Source: Bdellovibrionota bacterium (lineage in GTDB: Bacteria > Bdellovibrionota_G > JALEGL01 > JAGRMV01). Taken from it: DNA of 64,000 bases. The position numbers and the translations under genes are program-made. Below the pieces are notes generated by a model. It saw only the letters and a program-made list of their open reading frames with translations. It did no database searches and was not told the origin of the DNA. Shown here one piece after another: positions 25,777-34,858 of the stretch (its first letter is position 1; the number at the start of each line of letters is the position of its first letter). The stretch spans positions 514,068 through 578,067 of the forward strand of contig JAWKOC010000001.1 in NCBI GenBank assembly GCA_041391365.1, given 5' to 3'.

Positions 25777-27344
25777 AACAAAGTCGAAAAGAGTTTTTGC
25801 AATTTTTGGGAATGGGATCTCTAACCTTATCCACGACTTCATTGTGGGCCATGAGCAAAAAGCCTGCAGGAATTGTAGGGCTGAGCCCAGGCATGGCTTC
25901 TGACAATGTGGTCTTGGTTCCAGGTCTTTCGTATGAAAAACTGATTTCATGGGGCGATTCCATTTCCGAGGATGGAAAACTTCGTTTCGGATTCAACAAT
26001 GACTACACAGCTTTGTTGGAAAATTCTTCTACACCTTCACAAGCGTATTTGTGGGTCAACCATGAGTATCCAGATCCTGTTTTTCTGGAAACCAAAAAAC
26101 CCAACAAAACGAAAGCAGACATTGAAAAAGAAATGAAAAATGTTGGAGGAAGTTTTCTTGAACTACGCCGCGCCTCCGGAAAGTGGAGTGTTGTCACGGA
26201 TTCCTCCAAAAACTTTCGTCTTGATGGTCAATCGAAAATTCCTTTTTCCAACGGTGAAAGCATCCAAGGATCTTCGGTAGCTATTGGAACGTTTGCCAAT
26301 TGTGCCGGTGGAAAAACGCCTTGGGGTAGCGTTTTAACCTGCGAAGAAAATTATCAAGACTATTATGGAGATGTTGATGATCAAGGACAGATCATCGAAA
26401 AAGGATATTTGGGTTGGTCAACCTATCAACAACGTCCTCCTCAACATTATGGTTGGGTGGTGGAAATTTTCCTTGAGAAAAAGCAGGCTGTAAAACATGT
26501 TGGACTCGGACGCTTCTCTCATGAATGTGCAACGGTAACACGAGCCAAGGATGGTCGTGTGGTTGTATATTCGGGAGATGACAAAGCAGGAGAGTGTCTT
26601 TACAAGTTTGTTTCCGACAGTACGGATTCTTTGCATAAAGGAACCCTATATGTAGCCAATCTTGAACAGGGCAAGTGGATTGAAATCTCGTACAAAAAAT
26701 CCAAAGCCTTTCAAAAAATGTTTGCTACAGAACAAGATATGTTTTGCTACACACGAAAAGTTGCACACATTCTTGGAGGTACGCCTCTCGATCGTCCGGA
26801 AGACATCGAAATCATACCTGGAACAGCGAATGTGTTGGTAGCCTTGACCAACAACACAGGCAAAAAGAATTACTTTGGTTCACTGTTGAAAATCATCGAG
26901 AGCAATCAAGACGCAGCCTCAGAAACTTTTCAAAGTGAAACGTTTTTAACGGGAGGAGAAACCACAGGGTTTGCTTGTCCAGACAATCTTGCGTTTGATC
27001 CGAGAGGCAATCTTTGGTTCACCACGGACATCAGTGGCAACAAGATGAACAAAGATCCGTACACACCTTTTGGAAACAACGGATTGTTCGTGGTGTTAGC
27101 TCAAGGTCCTCAAAAAGGGCAGGCGATTCAAATGGCGAGTGCTCCATTTGATGCGGAATTTACCGGACCCACGTTTTCAGAAGATGGAAAAACATTGTTT
27201 TTGTCTGTGCAGCATCCAGGAGAAGAAACAAAAACCGTAAGCAAATTGACATCACATTGGCCAGATGGTGGAAGTTCTATTCCCAAACCATCTGTGATTG
27301 TGATTCAAGGACCAGCTTTGGAAGCCATCAGCGCGAAAAAATGA
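25773..27344 (+). CDS. PhoX-family (DUF839) secreted phosphatase-like protein
   Basis: Tat-like leader MKQSRKEFLQFLGMGSLTLS, then FANCAGGKTPWGSVLTCEEN, NHEY and PDNLAFD. ATGA overlap with the bcp stop. Confidence 0.8.
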   Translation: MKQSRKEFLQFLGMGSLTLSTTSLWAMSKKPAGIVGLSPGMASDNVVLVPGLSYEKLISWGDSISEDGKLRFGFNNDYTALLENSSTPSQAYLWVNHEYPDPVFLETKKPNKTKADIEKEMKNVGGSFLELRRASGKWSVVTDSSKNFRLDGQSKIPFSNGESIQGSSVAIGTFANCAGGKTPWGSVLTCEENYQDYYGDVDDQGQIIEKGYLGWSTYQQRPPQHYGWVVEIFLEKKQAVKHVGLGRFSHECATVTRAKDGRVVVYSGDDKAGECLYKFVSDSTDSLHKGTLYVANLEQGKWIEISYKKSKAFQKMFATEQDMFCYTRKVAHILGGTPLDRPEDIEIIPGTANVLVALTNNTGKKNYFGSLLKIIESNQDAASETFQSETFLTGGETTGFACPDNLAFDPRGNLWFTTDISGNKMNKDPYTPFGNNGLFVVLAQGPQKGQAIQMASAPFDAEFTGPTFSEDGKTLFLSVQHPGEETKTVSKLTSHWPDGGSSIPKPSVIVIQGPALEAISAKK

Positions 27345-27370
27345 AGCAAATTCAGTGTTGTGCGCGGCGT

Positions 27371-27399
27371 TATCAAGAAATTGACTTTCCTGCAAACCG
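27371..27399 (+). promoter_or_regulatory. candidate sigma-70 promoter of the histone-fold gene
   Basis: TTGACT (27371-27376), 17-nt spacer, TAGATA (27394-27399). Lies about 90 nt upstream of ATG 27489. Confidence 0.45.
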
Positions 27400-27488
27400 T
27401 TGATAGATAGAGCTTCACATGGGGCTGGCAGGGCGCATGCCGCTGGAACCAGAACAGAAGAATTATTTACAATAGACTGGAGATCATC

Positions 27489-27674
27489 ATGAGCAAAACT
27501 GTATTAGTAGTAGCTTCGAAAGTAAAAACCTACATCAAAGAAGAAGGTGGCATGAACACCTCTGGTTCCGTTATGGACGCTTTGACAACTGAAGTAGAAA
27601 AGCTTTGCAAGCAAGCCATCGACAACGCCAAAAATGACGGCCGAAAAACCGTTATGGATCGCGATTTTCAGTAA
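27489..27674 (+). CDS. bacterial histone-fold protein (single histone fold, HBb/Bd0055-like)
   Basis: 61 aa with helix-loop-long helix-loop-helix spacing. GRKTVMDRDF matches the archaeal histone loop 2/helix 3 region (GRKTI..ED). GGAG lies 6 nt before the ATG, and the gene has its own promoter and terminator. Confidence 0.75.
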   Translation: MSKTVLVVASKVKTYIKEEGGMNTSGSVMDALTTEVEKLCKQAIDNAKNDGRKTVMDRDFQ

Positions 27675-27700
27675 AACAGATCCAGAAATAAATCGAAAAG

Positions 27701-27735
27701 CCCCGTATCTTTGATCAAGATCGGGGTTTTTTTTT
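27701..27735 (+). terminator. rho-independent terminator of the histone-fold gene
   Basis: CCCCG(T)ATCTT-TGATC-AAGATCGGGG stem-loop followed by a run of nine T. Confidence 0.85.
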
Positions 27736-27809
27736 GCGCGCCAATCGGTACAAAGCCCTTGACTCAAAGCGAAAAAATGATAGGTAACCTTCCATATTTG
27801 GGGGGAACG

Positions 27810-28388
27810 ATGGGGAAAGCAACGATCATTTTGGGAATCTATCTAGCCATTGGCGGAATCAGCCAAATCGCTCCAGCGTCAACAGAATCCGAGTTTAAAT
27901 CGATTTTTGCTGAGTCAGAATCCTGCCAACGTGCTTTTGGCAATCCGTACCGTGTAGACCATTGTATGATGAGAGCCAATCTTGGGGATTGGACCTACGA
28001 AATCGATCCTGATCATGCATTGCTTAGTTTGAAAGAGCGCACCGGCCTGGCGATTTTGATTTCTTTTCATGATCGAACCATAAGCACCCACTGCCCAATG
28101 GATAACGACCATTGCATAGGCATAGACTCAAAACTTTCATTTGACGAAATCAAAAATGAAACCGAAGATCTAAAAGCCATCTATGATGGAAGCTATGACC
28201 CTTGGGTCCCTATGCTTAACAAGCTCTGGATTTTTGGCCAAGCCGTTCGCCACGTGAGAGATGTCCAAGTGAATTTCAAAAACAGATATGAACCCAAGAT
28301 ATCCACCACCATCGAAAGCGCTTATGTACAAAACGTCAGTGCTTGCACATCAAATCTGCTAAACCTCCTCAATCCAGAACAGGACTAA
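27810..28388 (+). CDS. hypothetical secreted protein
   Basis: GGGGGGA Shine-Dalgarno before ATG 27810. MGKATIILGIYLAIGGISQIAPAS signal-like N-terminus. No family recognised. Confidence 0.5.
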   Translation: MGKATIILGIYLAIGGISQIAPASTESEFKSIFAESESCQRAFGNPYRVDHCMMRANLGDWTYEIDPDHALLSLKERTGLAILISFHDRTISTHCPMDNDHCIGIDSKLSFDEIKNETEDLKAIYDGSYDPWVPMLNKLWIFGQAVRHVRDVQVNFKNRYEPKISTTIESAYVQNVSACTSNLLNLLNPEQD

Positions 28389-28494
28389 AGCAATTCAACA
28401 TGGCCTCGAATTCGATCGGAGCTCATTTGACTTTTCATGTCATATGACGTAACTTGACATCGTCTGTAACAAAATTATTGGGGAGAAATTCATC

Positions 28495-29103
28495 GTGAAA
28501 AATAAATCATGCACCACCCGTTTCGTGAAATCAAACGTTTACGTAGTACTTTTACTATTCATTTTATCATTTGCTACAAATGCCATAGCCCAAGAATCAG
28601 GAGTACTGCATTTAGAAATCCCTGAGGAAAAAAGAAACTCAACGATTACCTGCAATTATGAGGTTCGCTGGACCATTGAATACAGCTGGGTCACAAATGC
28701 TAAAACCCAGATCCCGACATGGATTGCAGACCAATCAGAATTCAGTGAAATAGAGGGTGATATCAGGAAGGCAAATTTGAAACTTGAAATTGTGAAAAAG
28801 GGTTATTTTCAAAAAATGATCGATATCAAAGCACCTTCGTCAAAAGATACAGAATCGTATACCCCAGCCGATATCACCTTAGCTTCTTCTCAAGCAGAGA
28901 TCGAATGTGAAAATATTGATCCAACATTTTCGGTCATTGGAAACTACAAAAACCCCGAAAGACTATTAGACGACGGTAAACCAAAAGAAACAAAATTTAC
29001 TCTCTATCCCGACCAAAATAACAATGTCCGTCGTGTCAATCTAGGAGAAGGGACGTCAACGCAGAACAAAGAACTTGTTATTTATCTAAGAGCTCTACAG
29101 TAG
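28495..29103 (+). CDS. hypothetical secreted protein
   Basis: GTG start with GGGGAG Shine-Dalgarno. Signal peptide ...VVLLLFILSFATNAIAQE. No family recognised. Confidence 0.5.
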   Translation: MKNKSCTTRFVKSNVYVVLLLFILSFATNAIAQESGVLHLEIPEEKRNSTITCNYEVRWTIEYSWVTNAKTQIPTWIADQSEFSEIEGDIRKANLKLEIVKKGYFQKMIDIKAPSSKDTESYTPADITLASSQAEIECENIDPTFSVIGNYKNPERLLDDGKPKETKFTLYPDQNNNVRRVNLGEGTSTQNKELVIYLRALQ

Positions 29104-29800
29104 AGCAACCGTTTCGATCAGAATTGAATTCATATTTTCCACTTAGTAGACCCTTTTGACGTGGGCCTATGGCAAATACTTGAATATCATTTTGATGGGC
29201 CATTTGAATGACTTTCTGATCTTCAGTGCTCATCATCAAATTTACTGTTTGTTGTAAACATGTAGGTCTACGCAAGTGATTTTTCTCCCAACATTCTACA
29301 ATTTGCTCAAGATAATCAGTCGTCGTCGCATTGCAAATCCCATGTGAATCGATAAGACCGTCATCACACAAGCGAGAAAACCCTTCGAGTGTTCCTGCAA
29401 GTAGAAATTCTGGGTCTGGATCGTGGAGCCAAAAGGTATCTAATTTTTGCAACCCCAATTTCTGGATAGATTTTTTTCCCCCTTCGTAGATCACATCTGA
29501 TGTTAAAGTTCTTTGCTTTTTTGTCTCAGGATCTACGCGATAGATTTTTGATCCGATCGCAATACCTTTCAATTCTTGATCTGATTTGGTTGCAACCCAT
29601 TTTTGCAAATACGTTTCACTCAGACCATAGTTTTGTGCAGAGTCCAGATACCAACACTCATCGAGATCAATCATGAGGTCTAACATTTCAAACAATTCAT
29701 CTGGACTGGGGGAGGGCTTTTGTTTTTCTTCGGTGACTTTGACTCCGTAAGCGATTTTTTTCATTTTTTTATATTCACGACCTTTCATAGAACGTTGCAT
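29078..29800 (-). CDS. aldo/keto reductase-family protein, apparently truncated at the C-terminus
   Basis: DSAQNYGLSETYL, WLHDPD, GLIDSHGICN, GLLSGKY. It stops ~20 residues after the GLLSGKY motif, whereas AKRs normally continue ~80-100 residues. Its 3' end overlaps the convergent gene by 26 nt. Confidence 0.6.
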   Translation of the reverse strand: MQRSMKGREYKKMKKIAYGVKVTEEKQKPSPSPDELFEMLDLMIDLDECWYLDSAQNYGLSETYLQKWVATKSDQELKGIAIGSKIYRVDPETKKQRTLTSDVIYEGGKKSIQKLGLQKLDTFWLHDPDPEFLLAGTLEGFSRLCDDGLIDSHGICNATTTDYLEQIVECWEKNHLRRPTCLQQTVNLMMSTEDQKVIQMAHQNDIQVFAIGPRQKGLLSGKYEFNSDRNGCSTVELLDK

Positions 29801-30099
29801 TTTTTCTTGATAAAATTCATCGAGTCATACAATGAAAGGAAAGTATGAGATTAGGTATTGGTGGCTTCGTAAAAAATTCAGAAAACCAGTCATGGATTCA
29901 ATCCAATGATTTTTACAAGATCTTGAACGCCTGTTTTGATCGTCCGCTTTGTGACCGGCATCAATACGATTTATAAAGCAGCATAAGGGAAAACAACATT
30001 TGCTAATGAGGTCCATAGGTTTGCCCATATCTAAAACTTAACATAATATATATTATAAGAAGTTCTAAATGGTGGAATTGGCCTGGGTCTGTTGTGGTT

Positions 30100-31452
30100 T
30101 TATCGAATCACCCTGTATTTCGCATAGTGAAAAGCGCCCATTCCGGAGATCAGGTTTGCGATCGAACAAGCAATAAAAATACCGATGGCATTCATATGCA
30201 GTCCTCGACTGAGCAAATATGCCAACGGAATATATAGGATGAACATTCTCAAGCTTGTAAACTTCAGGGATATGACAGGCTTCCCAAGTGCATTGAAAGA
30301 AATGTTACAGAAAATGAGGACACCTTCCATGGCGTAGCTCCACGGTACCCATTGAAGATATGCGGTTCCGAGTCTGACCAGCTCAGGCGTTCGATCAAAA
30401 AACTGCACGGTCACTTCCCCCCAAAAATAAAATAGGATTCCAATGATGGCTCCGTAGACCATGCAAAAACGAAACATCCATTGAAATGCTTCCCAAACCC
30501 TTTGTTTTTGGCCGGATCCCCATGACTGTCCTACCAAAGGTGCCATGCCAAAGGCTCCAGCAGACATTGGGATCAATACAAAGTTCTCGATCTTAGAAAC
30601 TACACCATAGGCTGCAACAGCATATTCGCCATAATGAGCGAGCATTTTTGTCACGATCGCCATGGACAATGGCAGGATCAAATTGTTTGCACTGCTGGCT
30701 GCAGTGATTTGTACAATGACCTTCCACGATGCCAGAATTCCACCGGAAAACAATCGGCTCCAGTCGATCATTCTTTCCCGAAAATGAAGGATCAAGAGGC
30801 TTGCGATCAGAGTAAAAAAGCGGGCCAGGACCGACGCAACCGCTGCTCCTTGAATTCCCATCTCTGGAGCTCCCCATCTTCCGAAAATCAACATGTAGTC
30901 AAATAAACCATTTGCCAGTGCTGCAAACACCATAATGAGGGCTGGAAATACCGTATCCCCCGTGGCTCGGATGGCATGATTGCCTACGATAGGTACGGAA
31001 ACAAAAATCATCCCGGCATACCAAACCACCATGTATTTTTTGACCAAAAGTAAAATCTCGTCTTTGGCTCCCATCCATCCGAAAACAAAATCCATTGTCG
31101 CCAATCCGAGGGCAACAAAAACAGCCGCAAGCAATAAGCTGAAGCTAATGCTGTGAGTTGTGAAGGTCCGCGCTTCTTCGTCATTCGATGCTCCGATGGA
31201 TCTGGAAACCAGAGAATTGGTGGCGAGTCCAAGTCCGAAAACAACCGCAAAGACCATCGAAGAAATGGGAAACGTATAACTCACTGCCGCCAATTCTTTT
31301 GTCCCAAGCAGGCTGATGAAATACGCATCGGTCAAATTGAACCCCAAGACAGAAATCATTCCAACCACCATGGGGCCACCCAACGTAAACAATTTCTGTG
31401 GAACAGATCCTTGGGTCAAATCGATTTTGTTTTTGCGTTGCGGTTTCATCAT
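30100..31452 (-). CDS. MATE-family multidrug/toxin efflux transporter
   Basis: 450 aa with 12 predicted TM helices and the typical MATE N-terminus (LTQGSVPQKLFTLGGPMVVGM). Confidence 0.9.
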   Translation of the reverse strand: MMKPQRKNKIDLTQGSVPQKLFTLGGPMVVGMISVLGFNLTDAYFISLLGTKELAAVSYTFPISSMVFAVVFGLGLATNSLVSRSIGASNDEEARTFTTHSISFSLLLAAVFVALGLATMDFVFGWMGAKDEILLLVKKYMVVWYAGMIFVSVPIVGNHAIRATGDTVFPALIMVFAALANGLFDYMLIFGRWGAPEMGIQGAAVASVLARFFTLIASLLILHFRERMIDWSRLFSGGILASWKVIVQITAASSANNLILPLSMAIVTKMLAHYGEYAVAAYGVVSKIENFVLIPMSAGAFGMAPLVGQSWGSGQKQRVWEAFQWMFRFCMVYGAIIGILFYFWGEVTVQFFDRTPELVRLGTAYLQWVPWSYAMEGVLIFCNISFNALGKPVISLKFTSLRMFILYIPLAYLLSRGLHMNAIGIFIACSIANLISGMGAFHYAKYRVIR

Positions 31453-31589
31453 GATGGTTTGGTTTCGAAATGCTCTCTTACCCCCAATAGAGACTTATTT
31501 GTACACACAAAGTGTCAAATGAGAAACATATCATAAGTCTTTGATATTCATTGTTTTTTTATCTCGACACAGTTGTGTTACCGCGCAGT

Positions 31590-31613
31590 TGTGAATAACC
31601 CACCTTATCCACA
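31590..31613. promoter_or_regulatory. pair of DnaA-box-like 9-mers in opposite orientation
   Basis: TGTGAATAA (31590-31598; complement TTATTCACA, 1 mismatch) and a perfect TTATCCACA (31605-31613). The latter sits inside the palindrome CCACCT-N7-AGGTGG. Confidence 0.4.
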
Positions 31614-31820
31614 GGTGGCGCATTCATTTAGATTGTATATTTATTCGTTTTCAAAATGCATATTCATTGAAAATGCATAAATGATGGCTGGCCAAACCAC
31701 CCTCTTCTCTTTGGTGTGGATGCTGCACAGTGTGATGAAAAACAATCGAATTTCGCAAATAGAAGTAGCTCCGCTATAAAAATGCCGTTACAATTAAGTA
31801 CTTAGGAACAATACGTCACA

Positions 31821-33518
31821 GTGATTAAGCTTCCATTTGCCATCGGCCCCTATACGTTGATTTATCCTCTTGGCGAGGGTGGATTGGCTTCTGTCTATCT
31901 TGGGGTAAAAGACAAAAAAACCTATGCCATCAAAGTTCTTAAATTTGATCGTTTGATGGAGCACAGTGCTGTTCTGAATTTTGTACGAGAAGCAAAGATT
32001 GGCCAGAAAATGCAACACCCTTCTTTTACGAGAGTGATTGATCATGGCAAAGCGCAAATGGCAGGAATGGACGATGTCTACTTCATTGTCATGGATTTGA
32101 TTCTTGGAATCAACGTCCAAGAAATGTTGAACTATTTTGAAAATAGTCAGCAAACCATGCCACTGCCCATGAAGTTATACATTCTCAAGCAGGCATGTCA
32201 GTCCTTACGATATCTTCATGCATCAACCGTATTTGAATTTTCAGACTCCTATTTGTTCCATGGAGACATCTCACCCTCAAACTTGATGATTTCGGAGCAA
32301 GGATTTTTCAAGTTGATGGACTTGGGAAGTGCAAATCAAGAAAGTACAGTAGAGATGGCCAAACATCATTTTGGCAAATTGCAATACTTGCCTCCAGAGT
32401 TTTACGAGGACCATGCCGTTGCTCAAAAAATTGATTTGTACTCTTTGGCTGTGGTGGCCTATCAAATCTTTTTTCATGACATGCCCTTCAAAGGAAAGAA
32501 CAAAGAAGAACTGATCAAAAACATTCAAGAATCCAAATTACCGGCATTCAATTCAACTCCCTTGGTTTCAACCGAAAAAGGACAAAGAGCGTTGAAAGTT
32601 TTTTTTCAAACGGCTCTCAACAAAGATCCTCAGCAAAGATATAAAAATGTGAAAGAGTTTGAGAAAAGTTTGTTTTTGATTGAATTCAATGAACCCATCA
32701 TCACCTCATTTACGGAAGCAAATATTTTTTTGAAGAAGCATTTTGCCAATAAATTGAAGAAAATTGATCAAATTTGGTGTGATCAGCTGAATTTCTTTCA
32801 TTCGGTGGAAGGCAAAAAGAAAATTTATGGGAGTCGCGATGCAGTCATCACTCCCTTGGTCTTGCCAACGGACAAACGAAGACATCCACGTGTTTCCCTA
32901 GATCAGCGATATCCTGTTTCTGCACAGATGCAATTGCCTGACAAAAAATTCCCTTCATCTGTAAAAGTTCTTCAGTTGAGTCAAGGGGGCTTTTTGGCCG
33001 AATGGAAATTGCCCAAAATTGAGAGAGATACGAAACTCACCGCAGAATTGTTTTTTGATGGAAAAAAAGTCTCTTTATTGTGCAATGCTCTGTATTACTA
33101 CAAGAGCAAAGGCAAGATGTTCTATGGATTTCGTTTTGAAAACATTGATGAGGCTACCACCAAAGATTTGCGAAGATATGTGGACCGTATCATCAATGAA
33201 AATGCAGAAGAAGAAGACAAGGTTCTTACTCAAGAACATCGGCGACATCTTCATATCTACTATTCCAGTGAAGATATGCTCAAAAAAGAAATCGAAACCA
33301 ACATTCTCAAAGGACGAACCTTGATCATCAGTCCTTATGAGTTTCCACAAAACTCAAATGTCATTCTACATGTCAATTTGGACAAAACATTCAGAAAACT
33401 GATCATTCCTGCCAAAGTCGTGGCTTGTTACAAAGAGTCCGAGGACAAAGGTTATCGTATTGGTTTGCAAATCGAGCAAAATGAACACTTGAGCGAAGTA
33501 GTAAAAGTGTTTTTTTAG
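31821..33518 (+). CDS. Ser/Thr protein kinase-like domain fused to a PilZ domain (plus a second degenerate PilZ-like domain)
   Basis: Kinase part: GEGGLASVY, AIKVLK, HGDISPSNL, DLG, PPE, DLYSLAVV. PilZ part: RRHPR ... LSQGG. GTG start. Confidence 0.8.
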   Translation: MIKLPFAIGPYTLIYPLGEGGLASVYLGVKDKKTYAIKVLKFDRLMEHSAVLNFVREAKIGQKMQHPSFTRVIDHGKAQMAGMDDVYFIVMDLILGINVQEMLNYFENSQQTMPLPMKLYILKQACQSLRYLHASTVFEFSDSYLFHGDISPSNLMISEQGFFKLMDLGSANQESTVEMAKHHFGKLQYLPPEFYEDHAVAQKIDLYSLAVVAYQIFFHDMPFKGKNKEELIKNIQESKLPAFNSTPLVSTEKGQRALKVFFQTALNKDPQQRYKNVKEFEKSLFLIEFNEPIITSFTEANIFLKKHFANKLKKIDQIWCDQLNFFHSVEGKKKIYGSRDAVITPLVLPTDKRRHPRVSLDQRYPVSAQMQLPDKKFPSSVKVLQLSQGGFLAEWKLPKIERDTKLTAELFFDGKKVSLLCNALYYYKSKGKMFYGFRFENIDEATTKDLRRYVDRIINENAEEEDKVLTQEHRRHLHIYYSSEDMLKKEIETNILKGRTLIISPYEFPQNSNVILHVNLDKTFRKLIIPAKVVACYKESEDKGYRIGLQIEQNEHLSEVVKVFF

Positions 33519-33542
33519 ATCAAGCGCCCTAGCCTTCAATTT

Positions 33543-34700
33543 CTAAAAATCCAGTTCTTCCAATTGATGAGATTCAAAGTCAGGTGTGGGGTCCTGAAAA
33601 ATCATAGATGGAATCAACGTGTTCAAAATCGCATAAAGAACAAGACCACCAAAAATAAAAGATTCCAAATGAAACTGGTCTCGCAAAATTTGGGCGATGA
33701 CCAAGGTGAACACGAGCGTGGGTGACATGGAAAGGCCTATGCGGGCACTTCGTCTCAGAGGCTCCTTGAGGGCCAATCTTCTATGGATCATTACTTTGGC
33801 GACTTGCATGGGGATGAAAACAACAATCAAAATCAGAGCCAATGCCAAAGCTTTCAAGCTAAAATCCCCCTGCTGTGTACTCAATCCAGCATAGAAGAAA
33901 TAAAATGGAATGAAAAAACTCGAAAACAACTCCATGGCATGGAGCAGTTTTCCGGATGCTATCGATGGGAGTCTTTTTCGAAATCTCTGAGCTGCCAATC
34001 CGACCACAAAAGCCCCAACCAAATAGTACACTCCGAGCTTTTTGGTGAAATACGCACAAATCACGGCCATCATCAGCAGGAAGGTGAATTCGGATCTTGG
34101 AGCATAGGGCATGACCCATTTTGCATAAGCTCGAAACAAAAGAGGAAGCAAAAGCACCATCAAGATCAATGCAGAACTTGAAATTCCAAACGATCGCACC
34201 GTGGTCGACTGCAAGACCACAAAAAGTGTACCCAAAGCAAGAAACTCCGTAGCAATCGCCTTGGTTTTGACCCAAAACTTTTCTCGATCATCCATTTGAT
34301 AGGCCCCAAGAGAATCCAAAATGAATCCAGTTGAAGGCGTCAATATGGCGAGCGAGATCAATGAAGAAATTCTCAAGTCAAATCCCGTCAAATATTCGAT
34401 CCCGAAAGCAACAAGCATCAAAAGAACCAGCGAAATGACAAGATGCTGAACAATGATGTGAGTTTCATATCGCAAAGCTTGAAGATCTGCTTCCAATCCT
34501 GCCAGCAAAAAAAGAGATACGATTCCAAACATGGACAAAAGAACCACGGTAGAATCGGAATGAAACAATCCCAGACCCTGCCCACACGCAACTCCCAAGG
34601 CAAAACTTGTGATGGCTGACGGAATTCGATAACGCTGAAAAATCTTTGGTAGAACAAAGAGTGAGAACAAAAGAATGACATAACTCAATTGAATCGACAT
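33543..34700 (-). CDS. cation:proton antiporter (CPA2/Na+-H+ exchanger family)
   Basis: 385 aa, ~11 TM helices, N-terminus LPKIFQRYRIPSAITSFALGV typical of KefB/NapA-type exchangers. Confidence 0.85.
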   Translation of the reverse strand: MSIQLSYVILLFSLFVLPKIFQRYRIPSAITSFALGVACGQGLGLFHSDSTVVLLSMFGIVSLFLLAGLEADLQALRYETHIIVQHLVISLVLLMLVAFGIEYLTGFDLRISSLISLAILTPSTGFILDSLGAYQMDDREKFWVKTKAIATEFLALGTLFVVLQSTTVRSFGISSSALILMVLLLPLLFRAYAKWVMPYAPRSEFTFLLMMAVICAYFTKKLGVYYLVGAFVVGLAAQRFRKRLPSIASGKLLHAMELFSSFFIPFYFFYAGLSTQQGDFSLKALALALILIVVFIPMQVAKVMIHRRLALKEPLRRSARIGLSMSPTLVFTLVIAQILRDQFHLESFIFGGLVLYAILNTLIPSMIFQDPTPDFESHQLEELDF

Positions 34701-34858
34701 GTTTGTACGTCAAAGACTCAAGGTCAATGCCTCTGGAAAATTCTCCTCACCACTGACTCAATTTCATATCATAAAAAATTTTAATTGAAATCATTATATA
34801 ATTTAATTATGTTAGGGGTGTTGTTTGGTGAATCTTTTTATAACCTATTAAAATTACA

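Noticed and set aside
29845-29976. 43-codon plus-strand ORF MRLGIGGFVKNSENQSWIQSNDFYKILNACFDRPLCDRHQYDL, resembling an aldo/keto reductase N-terminus (a second AKR remnant or an inverted fragment)
   Set aside because: The resemblance rests on a few residues (LGIGGF, ILNACFD). The expected DTAxxYG continuation is not recovered convincingly in any frame. This is too weak to annotate.
31560-31820. Possible chromosomal replication origin (DnaA boxes plus AT-rich tract)
   Set aside because: There is only one perfect and one near-perfect box, no dnaA, dnaN or gidA neighbours, and no obvious AT-rich 13-mer array. I kept it only as a possible regulatory site.
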